From: Eledone cirrhosa
Lineage: Eukaryota
Assembly: GCA_964016885.1 (NCBI GenBank)
Contig: OZ024743.1
Coordinates: 237,770,001 to 237,834,000 of the forward strand
DNA length: 64,000 bases
Reading direction: 5' to 3'
Below, one piece after another: positions 52,113 to 62,775 of this stretch (the stretch's first letter is position 1; each line of letters begins with the position of its first letter). A model generated the notes under the pieces. That model saw nothing but the letters and a program-made list of their open reading frames with translations, was not told the DNA's origin and ran no database searches. The translations under genes were made by a program, and so were the position numbers.

Positions 52113-52181
52113 ATTTTATTATGCGCATTTCAAAAACAAACATCATCATGCAATAATATTTGTGTTTTCATCAGATAAAAC
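52113..52181 (-). ncRNA. Type I hammerhead ribozyme, canonical core, long stem II
   Basis: guuuuau CUGAUGA aaacacaaauauuauu-gcau-gaugauguuuguuuuu GAAA ugcgca UA auaaaau. Stem III is the palindrome AUGCGCAU; stem I is 7 bp. Confidence 0.88.
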
Positions 52182-52282
52182 AGGAGAACATGATATGGAG
52201 GCTAAAAAACACTTGTGGATAGTGCAGTTTTAAATCAACATATGAAAAGTGGTTTTAGATTGATGTGTGATATTGGGAAAAA

Positions 52283-53032
52283 TATTTTATTTAGAGAGGG
52301 GGGTGGGGTGGAAAGGATGAAAAGGGTAGGAGATGAGAGGGAGAGATGGGTGATAGAGAGAAAGAGATAGTTTTTATAACTGAGAGGAGATATATTTTTT
52401 GCATAGAGAGGTTGAAAACCGTTGGAAGATACTGTATAAATTAAAAATTTTGAAAATTAACGAAGGGAGGATATGTGCGAGGAAAACATATTTTATTTAG
52501 GGAGGGTGGGGGGGGTGGAAAGGATGAAAAATAGGGGGAGGAGATGAGAGTGAAGATGGAGAGGGAGAGATGGGTGATAGAGAGAAAGAGATAGTTTTTA
52601 TAACTGAGAAAAAGATATATTGTTTTAACATAGAGAGGTTGGGAACCGTTGGAAGATAATGTATAAATTAAAGGAATTTGAAAATTAACGAAGGGAAATT
52701 ATGTATGAAGATATAGAGAAAAAAATAATAATTGTGGATGAATATTCTAACGTCAAAAAAAGAAATGTATGTATTGTGGCAATTTCAAAATTAACGAAGA
52801 GAAAAATTATTAAGGTTTGTGTGTAGAAGGATTTGAGAAAAATAATGTGAAGTTAAAGTTTGTATATTGATTGAATTGATAATATATGCGAATAAAGAGT
52901 TAATATGTATTAATAATGAGTTCGTTGATGGGGAGAAAAAAATAATAAATTAAGGATGAAATTGAGATTAAAAAGATTTATGATAGAGAGAAAAAATAAT
53001 AATGATTGTGGATGAATATTCTAACGTCAAAA
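52283..53032. repeat. Local tandem duplications (~206-bp period pair; ~270-bp spaced pair)
   Basis: 52283-52470 resembles 52489-52696. aattgtggatgaatattctaacgtcaaaa occurs at ~52731 and ~53004. Confidence 0.8.
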
Positions 53033-53278
53033 CAACAGATGTATATGTTATGATTTGAGGGTAATGAGTAAACAAGTATTATAGAGTGTATAATGCCCTT
53101 TAAAGTAAGGTAGATGGGTATATTTTAAAGAGGTGTATGTATATGTGCCTTTGAGAAAAGATTCTAAATTGATAAAGAATTGAATATTAACTGTATACTT
53201 TGTGAAAAGTTCTATGGAATTTATGCAGGCAGATAGAAAACAAATCTGTGCGTCTATTTATTATAGAATCTAGGTTAG

Positions 53279-54003
53279 ATTGATATGCTTCACTTCTAAA
53301 TAATTTAAAAGACTGCGTGACGCACATGGTTTAACAGTATCTAGCTAGTTTCATAACCGTACTGCTAGAAATAACAATAAGCATGTGTTGGTATCTGTGT
53401 TTCATCACATACATATTAGTTTATACACGGCTCAGTGGGTATTTTCCTCCTTCGAGCTAATTCCATTGTAAAAGAATTCATTACCTTATTAATATAACTG
53501 CTCCTAGTCTGAGCTGAAAGCCGCCTCATATATACGACTGTTATTTCTAGCAGTACGGTTATGAGACTAGCTAGATACTGTTAAACCATGTGCGTCACGC
53601 AGTCTTTTAAATTATTTAGAAGTGAAGCATATCAATTTGTCCCTGGATGTTTACCGAGGAGAGCAGGACATGATATTCCTACACTTATTTATCTCGAAAC
53701 ATATTTGGATTTTAAAGTTTAAACTTATCTACGGAACAGGTTTGATTTTGAAATTTAAATGTGTCTAAACATCATAGCCTTTTGGCAATGCAGTTCGTCT
53801 TTGTTGATTTATTATTTTAAATCGATATGGACAAACTGTAGTATAATAATTAGTATACTTCAATCTGGCTAAATTTTCTTTTGCAATATATATACAGATG
53901 TGTTGGTATCTGTGTTTCATCACATACATATTAGTTTATACACGGCTCAGTGGGTATTTTCCTCCTTCGAGCTAATTCCATTGTAAAAGAATTCATTACC
54001 TTA

Positions 54004-54011
<8 letters not shown>
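53279..54011 (+). mobile_element. Non-coding ~515-bp monomer with a 114-bp direct terminal repeat and a 98-bp inverted 5' copy; degenerate HHR-like motif
   Basis: 53383-53496 equals 53898-54011. 53279-53376 is the reverse complement of 53539-53636 (1 mismatch). Confidence 0.78.
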
Positions 54012-54057
<46 letters not shown>

Positions 54058-54224
54058 GAGGGAAATGTGGTACGGAACCAGATGGACCATAACGCACCAA
54101 AGTACTCAATACTTAGGGTAGTAGAGTGGGTAATAGGAACGAGTAGGACCCCCATGGCTGAGCTCAAGCCGTTTCGACGGCTAATTCTGGACATATATAA
54201 TTCTGGATATATATATATATATAT

Positions 54225-54854
54225 ATGAAAAATGGCGTGCTGCGTTGTTACAAATGGGATACATATGAATAAAATTAGAGCGAGAGTCCGTCATCAGTGA
54301 TCTTCCAGCCGTCATTGGTATTTCTTCGCATTAAAGATCATATACCTCTGGCTGGTGCGGGCAATAACTAAAAAAAGTTATTGGGACACGTAGAATAGGG
54401 TGAAGCGAGCGAGACATATAAACAAACAGAGATGGTAATGCAACGGAAAGAGAGGAAGAGGGGAAACAAGTCCGTGATATCTATGAACTTAAGTTCGATC
54501 AAATCATGGACGAGGAGAGACACAGACGCGTTCGAGCCATGTGAGATGTAAGCGAGAAAAGGATTTCACACAGGTCAGACTGGAGGAAGTGAGAGAGAGG
54601 GAGTAGCAGAGAGTGAGTGAGTGAAAGTGTGAGGAAGAGGCCAGCTGAGAGAGAGTGACTGGCAGAGGGGGTGAAATGAAGGTGAGCAACAACGCAGCAC
54701 GCCATTTTTCATTTATATTTTGCCCTCTGCTGTGACCAATCTGTTTCTTTCTTACTGCTATCCTCTTTATCTCTCCCTGTATCTCTCACCTTCATTTCAC
54801 CCCCTCTGCCAGTCACTCTCTCTCAGCTGGCCTCTTCCTCACACTTTCACTCAC
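54225..54854. mobile_element. Non-coding element with two interlocked inverted repeats
   Basis: 54225-54249 / 54688-54712 (25 bp) and 54617-54686 / 54785-54854 (70 bp, perfect). Confidence 0.65.
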
Positions 54855-56099
54855 ATCAACCATTGCTCCTCACCACTACCTCGTCACTACACTCACCCCA
54901 CCCCCACCCCCACCTATCATACATGCCAAAACATTCCTCATAATTAAACCACCAATCAAAACAACATAAACTGAGCAACATATTAATGCGAAACGTTAGA
55001 CATTTATATGCCATGTATATTCAATGTCATTACTACAACAGAGGTCAGACGAGCTTTTGATTCCAGAGTCGGACCAGATCGATACAGATCGAACCTTGAG
55101 GTGATAAATAGTGAAACGCAAATCACCAATCAACAAACGTAATGAAGGCTTAACAAATCGTCCTTGTATTAATATTATACTACACTCTGTCTAGCTCTAC
55201 ACCTCGCCACTGACATGAACCTAAACATCGAGTGCTCACCTGGGTGAACCTAGGGTAACCTCACGTTACCCTCCCTGTATATATATATATATATATATAT
55301 ATGAGGAGAAGAAATCTAAAATGCAACTGGAGTCTTTTAACGAATATTTATTTGTTTCCTTATCACCACCACCTCCTCCTCATTAGATGTGACTAACAGA
55401 AGGTGAGTCATCAATATCAGTTAGCATAACAGCTGCAGCAGGGTTGGAACAAACTGGCACTCAAAGAATGAGTTGAGTTTTAGTTTCTGTTGATAAATCA
55501 ATGTTCAAAATTTTACCATCAGTGGTTCTCACATATATAACAGAGAATTGGATATCCTTCATAATGAGGGTAGGGTCAACATTTTCATCCTCCTTGCTTT
55601 CTCTACTCTCTTCAACAAAACTTTCATCCGTTATTTCATCTTTTAACACTTAGTAGGAATGGTTTCCTTTGTCTTCTAGCCAAATTCTACTAACATATTC
55701 TGTGGCATCTGTTTCACCTGCCTTTTGAAGTATATCATAACACAAAACTTTCAAACAGAATATTACAGCCATGAGGTTATAGTAGTTTTTAAATGTTACT
55801 GACAGTTCTTTCTTCTTGTGTGTCTTCCATAAGATTCTCCTTCTCTATCACCATGACACTTTTGTTCACATCTTTAGTCATGAGCTTCAATTATATCTTG
55901 ATCCATTGCTTCAGTCCTCGGGATAACACTGACAGGCATTGACATCAGTACTAACAATCTGAGTGTGCACGTGTGTAGCTCAACATTAACAGCACCATCA
56001 GTTGATCAGTAGAAAGTCATCTTGTTATTTACACACTGCATGTGAAGCAAAATCAAAACTGCAATGATAAACTCGAAAGATAAAGAATAACTGATGGTC

Positions 56100-56920
56100 T
56101 GAAATTTGAAAAGAGATGCATAGGGCTTATAGCTGCAGATACTTGAAGGCATTATACAGAAAAATAAGGCAAGACTTTTGGTCCACAGCCGTAAAAAGTG
56201 AAGTCAAAAGATGGGAACTTCCTCATCATAGATCCAGTGGGAATTATGAGTCAGTGGACTGAACACTTTAAATATATGTTTGATAACCCATCAGTAGTTG
56301 ATGAGGAAAGTATTAATGGACTGTCACAAAAGGAGACGGTAACAGATCAATGATCCAACCATTGATGAGATAAGGTCTACTATCAAAGAGATAAACATAG
56401 GATAAGCTCCAATTTGGATGGAATACCCGTCGAGCCGATCCGCTTTGGAGGAGACAATGCTGCTACAGCCGTTCATAGGCTCTCGATTTACAAGGGCAAG
56501 GGTTCCAATTCAGAATGTGGTGATTGTCATGGTATAAGTCTGCAACAAGTGTCACTATACCAAGTATTTGCAGACCTTACCAAAGCCTTCGATACTGTTA
56601 ATGGTAGTGCATTGTGGGTTATATTAGGTAAACTTGTATTCCCCCATGAATTTGTTGGAATATTTAAAAAAACTCCATCAAAATATGAAAGCAAAAGTGA
56701 ACTTCAAAGGGACACTGTCAGAGCCAATATCAGTGGAAAATGGTGTGAAGCAAGACGACATACTTGCATCCACTCTGTTCTCCATCTACTTTGCCGGGGT
56801 GCTGACATATGCATTCCAAGCCTTCGAAATCGGTGTATACTTGCGAATTAGAACTTCTGGCAAAGTATTTAATCTAAGACTGTTTAACACCAAGTCCAAA
56901 ACAGCATCAGCTCTCTCTTT
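56100..56920 (+). mobile_element. RTE (BovB-like) LINE RT fragment with internal deletions
   Basis: DGIPVE, IYKGKG, VFADLTKAFDTV, NGVKQDDILASTLFSIYF, RTSGKVFNLR. Confidence 0.88.
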
Positions 56921-56924
56921 TTAG

Positions 56925-59640
56925 GGGTAGGTAAACCCATAGCTAAACAGAGAGAGGGTGGTGTTGGCTTCGCCATTAGAACATCCCTGCTTGATCGTAT
57001 GGAATGTCCTACTGGTGTAACCGATGGTATTATGAAGCTTTGTATTCCTCTGAGATATGGCCGTTATGTAACACTTTTATCTGTTTATGCACCAACCTTA
57101 CAGGACAGTGAGATGGTCATTGGTTCTTTCTATGAGTCTCTTCGTGCTGCCATTGCATGCACATCTACTAACGATAAATTATTACTTCTCAGTGATTTTA
57201 ATGCTCGTGGGGGTACTGATCACGAGACATGGGGCGCCCTCGATCCATTTGGTTTTGGTAAAATGGACACCAGCGACCTGAGGTTGCTTGAACTCTGCTC
57301 AGAACTCAACTTAACCATCTGCAACACTCTTTTCCGTCAGAAGCTCAAATATAAATATAACAGATATCATCCAAAATCCAAGCATGGACAGATGATTGAT
57401 TTCATCATAACTCTTAAACGAGATCTAAGTGATGTATGTACAGTGCGTGTGTTGCGTAGTGCAGAATGCGGCTACAAATTAGTGCGAGGAAAGTTCAAGA
57501 TGAGTATTCACAAAAGGATTCGTATTAGTGGAGTGAAAATACCGAAACGCATTGATGTCACCAAATTGAGACAAGCAGATGTGCATGCAACCCTAACTGA
57601 AAGATTTGATGGTCTTTTGAAGGCACTTGGGAAAACTTTAAAGATAAAGTTTACTCAGTGGGAGCTGATGTACTTGGCTTCAGAACCAAGAAACACCAGG
57701 ATTGATTCGATGACAACAATCCTAATATCAATCAGCTACTGAAAACCAAGCACACTCTATGAAAAGCTCCTGAATCAGAATCCCGTAGCACAACCAGCTG
57801 TCAGAAAAGCCTACATAGATCACAGGGCATCACTGCAACTCGAACTGCCCAGGATGCAAAATGAGTAGTGGAGTAATATCTCTTCGGAAATCGAACAGGC
57901 TTTTAACACCAAAGATTCGAAGTCATTTTACTCATTGATACACCAAGTCTTCGGCCCACCAAGTAACTCAGTAACTCCTCTGAGATCTAAAGACGATGGC
58001 AATATCACCGTCAAAGAGTCATCAAAAATCCTTCAGCGTTGGGAGGAACATTTTACTGACCTATTTGACAAACCATCAGCAGTAAATTTTGGAGTAATAG
58101 AGGGCCTTACTCAATGTGAAACAGTCCACCGTATGGGTCGACTTTCCTCTGCTGATGAGATAAAGCTTGCAGTCAAGCAGGTTAACTCTGGCAAGGCACC
58201 AAGTCCAGATGGTATCTCAGTCGAACTGCTGAAAGTCGGTAGTGATAATGTAACAGAAGCAATAAACAACTTCATCACTGATTGCTGGAATGGGACCCCA
58301 GTTCCGCAAGACTGGATCAACAGTATTTTGTTATCATTAGGTGAATTGGCAGTATCGGTAGAGGGTTGGACGCCATGCTTTCTAGCATAGTTACGTCTCT
58401 TTGCAGTCTGAGTTCAAATCCCGCCGAGGTTAACTTTGCCTTTCATCCTTACGGGGTCGATAAAATAAAGTACCAGTAATGTACTGGGTAGTTGCTGGCC
58501 TTGTGCCTAAAGTAGAAACAATTATATAAAGGACGGTGAATTGGCAGTATCGTTAGTGAGTCGGACGTCATGCTTTCCAGCATAGTTACGTCTCTTTACG
58601 GTCTGAGTTATAATCCCGTCGAGGTTAACTTTGCCTTTCATCCTTACGGGGTCGATAAAATAAAGTACCAGTAATGTATTGGGTAATTGCCGGCCTTGTG
58701 CTAAAAGTAGAAACAATTATACAAAGGCAAAGGTGAAAAATCGATATGTGGAAACCGTAGCATCACTTTGTTGGAGGCTGTTGGCAAGGCTCTTGCAGGA
58801 CTTTTGTTCAACAGTCTAGAAGAAGATATCTGTCCTATAGCTATCCCAGAATCACAGAGTGGTTTTAATGGAGGAAGGGGAGCAGTTAACATGATTTTCT
58901 CTGGAAGACAAATACAAGAAAAATGCATTGAGCAGTGTGTCCTATATCAAGTCTGTGTCGACCTAACGAAGGCTTTCGACACAGTTAACGGAGAGGCATT
59001 CTGGATAATACTTGGAAAAGTAGGATGTCCACCCAAGTTTGTGAGTATGCTAAAGCAGCTGCACAGAAATATGAAAGCTTGGGTTACCTTCAATGGTCAA
59101 CTATCTGGGGAAATCCCAATTGACAACGGAGTAAAGCAAGGTGATATTCCTGCTCCTACACTTTTCTCCATCTTCTTTGTTGCCTTGCTCACACACGCTT
59201 TTCATGATTGTGACAGGCATTCTCTTACGGTTCAGAACCACTGGAAAGGTTTTCAACTTAAGAAGGTTTAATGCCAAGACAAAAACTTTGATCAGGGACC
59301 TTCTTTACGCCGACGACGCTGACTTCCTAGCACACACAGAAGCTGACATGCAACACATTATGGACCGTTTCTCATTCTCATGTACATCATTTGGGCTTAC
59401 AATCAGCCTTAAAAAGACGAAAGTAATGTTACCCCTGCTTCTCGAGAACCATATACTGAACCCCATATCATGGTTGATGGAACCAGGTTGGGAGTAGTAG
59501 ATAAATTTGTCTACTTGGGTAACACACTCTCAAATGATGGCTCCTTGGATGCTGAAATACATCTGCGCATCCAGAAGGCCTCTGTTGTCTTCGGAAAATT
59601 GGAAAAGAGAGTTTGGGCAAAATGCAACATTACCGCATAA
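56925..59640 (+). mobile_element. RTE (BovB-like) LINE, EN + RT, decayed, interrupted by a SINE dimer
   Basis: GGVGFAI, SVYAPTL, DFNAR, HPKSKH..MIDFI; GKAPSPDGIS, PESQSGF, VDLTKAFDTV, GVKQGDIPAPTLF, LLYADD, FGLTISLKKTKV. Confidence 0.93.
58340..58718 (+). mobile_element. Head-to-tail tRNA-SINE dimer (58340-58525, 58531-58718) inserted in the LINE
   Basis: Two full SINE units; the LINE frame resumes ILLSL|YKGKG across the insert. Confidence 0.92.
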
Positions 59641-61420
59641 ATCGCATAAAGGGCAGCTGCAAAACTTTTGCGGAATGACGTTGAGAATATAAACAACTGA
59701 AGCGTCAGCTCCGGAAGGGCTGTGCTCACAGTCTTGATGAAATCATTAGTAGTTGGACATGCAATTTCTGTCAGCATGTAATCCTCTCAAAGGTTGGGTA
59801 TGTTAATCAGCTGACGTTGCATATCTACTCAGCTGCCGCTCAGATACAAGTGTCGAGGTCAGCAAGGAGAAATACGTGGCTGTAGCACAAAGCGCTACGA
59901 AGAGTATAGAGGAACTTCGGCATGGCAAAACAGTTCCTCAACAGGAAGAGAAGTGGGTGGGTATCAATCATGCCCATTCAGCTCGTGGGGGCCTTGAGTT
60001 GCTGGAGCCTGGACCTGATGGTGGAGCGGATGGCTGGCGAGTGGATCGGTGACGCGAGGATGAAGACATCCTCTTTAGGGTTCACCTGTACCAGGAGGAG
60101 AATAGACCGCAAATGCGAGACGGAGGCTGCAAAGCTCTCAGCATCGTGGTTGACATTCACCACCTCCGATTTGGACGAGTTGACCTGGAGGCCGATTCCC
60201 GCGAGAGAAGGAACCACCGATTGTAGGTCGTGGCAAACGGTCTCCACGGGCCCGCCCAACGTAGCACCATCCAGGTACTAAACGTTGAGAAGGGCCGTGA
60301 TACTCCGAGCAATGTGGTCTATACCAAGAGCAAATATGACGGGGCCCAAATGGTCACCCTGTTGGAACCCAGGGCCTGAAGGTATGACCATATCAGCAGC
60401 AAGGATTATGTTCGGGGCTCTATATGACAGGGAGGGCAGCGGGTAGACAGACAGGTCTCAGCTGAGGCAGGCATCGATAGATGGTACGGCGTAGGCAGTT
60501 AAAGGCATTACTCATGTCAAACTTGACTATGAGGTGCCTAGAGTCCCTGGATTCCAGTTCCTTTGGGCAACTGCTGAAGAACTTCCTGATTGCATGCCCC
60601 CCCATCCCAGACCCACCGGACAATTCGACACCCAGTTACACCGGGCTGAGAGCCTCGCCCAGTTCAGGTGTGATGGACCTGCAGACCACCTTAGCGGCCA
60701 GCCTCCTGAAGACATTGCCCACAGCGATGGTGCATATGCCACCCTCTTTCTTCCTGAGAACGGTCAGGCGAGCTGAAAAAAAGAGGCATCGGGCATGAGG
60801 ATCCAGGGCACTATGAATGAACATATTAGTGAGTGCCATAATTGCACTAGGAAGGTGGCGCCCGGCCTCAGCGAAGAGGGGGAATAACAATTCCTTGAGG
60901 TGGCCAGGTTGGAGGCCATCAGCACCTCCGCTGCTGCTGACTGGGAAGGACTAGATGGCAGACATGATGTCTGCGTTGGAAGTCACAAGGAGCAAGTGAG
61001 GATCTGGTGGGGATATGGGTCTAAGGTCGACAGGTGGTTCAGGGTGCTTGAGCCGCAGGGCAGCCAGGACCTCCTCGGTGGGTTGGAGGACAGTGTCCTC
61101 CAAAGCAACAACCCTGACTGCAGCCGAGATATCACCCATCATTAGTTTGGCGTTTACGCGGTCGTGTAAACGCTTTGCGCTGGCCTCGGTGGTGGAGGAT
61201 TGAAGACACCCGAGAGCAGAGGGCGTGGTGTCCTCCGGCACACTTGGGATGAGCGCTTGCCCAAAGGTCGAAACATTGGCCTTGACAAAAGCTGTGACAG
61301 GCCACCTTGGTCAGCGCCAGAGCAGGGGAGGCCGAGGGCGAGTGAGGCGAAATATATAAGGCGCTCCCAGTCGCTGGCTTAATTAGAGTCCAGGGTCCTC
61401 TCGATTGAGGAAGCGAGGGC
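59640..61420 (-). mobile_element. CRE-clade-like non-LTR retrotransposon RT region, decayed
   Basis: GDISAAVR, LRLKHP, SSGGADGLQPGHLK, ARLTVLRKKEGGICTIAVGNVFRRLAAK, KFDMSNAFN, QQGDHLGPVIFAL, YLDG, GLQVNSSKSE. Confidence 0.8.
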
Positions 61421-62393
61421 ATCGGCTACCGGCATCGGCTACCGGCACCTGGGCTGTTCTCGGGATTTTGAGCGGAATCTTCCGGAGCCGCCTGAGCCGA
61501 GCGATGTTGACCAGGTGCTGCAGGTGTCGACTTGTGGGTATGGATGATGAGGCGTGGAGCTGGGGACTGGGGTATTAAAATGGCCGCAACGGCAAGTGGC
61601 TGGTTGTTACCGGCCTGGGCACTAGGCTCAACGGTATGTGGGTGGAAGGGAAAAAACAGAATCAGGGTGATGTGGGCAGGGTGCTGATATGAGTGAGGCC
61701 TCATAGCTCAGCTACGCCAGATCCGGAGGCAATAGAAGACAAGACAGAAAAATGGGGTGAGGCATGGAGGGGGACACACGAGAAAATAATAAATAAATAG
61801 GTGGACAAGCAAATCCAGGGGTTGTTCCCAGCGGAAAAGACCCAGAGATTTGTATGCGCACATGTGAGCATGTTAACAGTTCCTCATAGAACCATGTAGC
61901 TAAAGATGCGTCTATAAATCGTGAAAATATATATGTTTGTGTTGCTGGTGTTGTTATTGTCACTGTTGCTGTTGTTGGCCTCGTCTTGTTAATGGTAGTG
62001 ATGGTGATTGCTGATATGATGATGGTGTATACACATATAAGTTGCTGTTGCTGGTGTTGTTATTATTGTCACTGTTGCTGTCGTTGCCTTCCTCTTGTTA
62101 ATGGTAGTGATAGTTGTTACTGCTGCCTATTTCGACTGTCAAGCTGGCTGCTGAATCAACTTCTGTGAGTGAAGCTCTAATGCCTTCTTTATCACAATAC
62201 ACTGGGTAATTGCTAGCCTTGTGCCAAATGTAGAAACAACTAACTTACTTCATATTATTTTATTGTAATTTTATTGTCATTTTGATTTATTCCTGTTTTA
62301 TATTTTCTTAAACCTAAATAGCATTTTTATTCTTAACTTCTCATCCCTGATTTCTATCACGTGGTGGATAGTCACTTCCACAAACAATTATAA

Positions 62394-62503
62394 GCTTTCT
62401 GATGAAGTGTGATAAATACTTAAGTAATGCATATGATTGAACAATATATATTGTAGTCAGCATATGTAGACAATTAAATAGACATAGAAACATATGTTAA
62501 AGC
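62394..62503 (+). ncRNA. Type I hammerhead ribozyme with long branched stem II (solo pLTR-like)
   Basis: gcuuu CUGAUGA agugu...(~71 nt)...acaua GAAA cauaug UU aaagc. Stem III is the palindrome ACAUAUGU; AATAAA follows immediately, then (TA)n. Confidence 0.8.
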
Positions 62504-62562
62504 AAATAAATTCCTAATTTCCTTTCTCGCCGAAGTTTATATTTTTCTTGGTGCATTACTTG

Positions 62563-62564
<2 letters not shown>

Positions 62565-62649
<85 letters not shown>

Positions 62650-62775
62650 GAAGATTATATGAGGCACTTTGAAGTGTCTTTCAAATTAGTCCAGAGGCTT
62701 TTTAATTCAAATATTGTCCACCCAAAGCACCAACAACAACAACCACAGAACCAACAACAGCAACAAAAATAACCA
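62565..62775. repeat. (TA)n and (CAA)n microsatellites
   Basis: Direct inspection. Confidence 0.95.

Noticed and set aside
54966-55000. Minimal hammerhead (ctgagcaacatattaatgcgaaacgttag)
   Set aside because: Core deviates (CUGAGCA) and stem I is unsupported.
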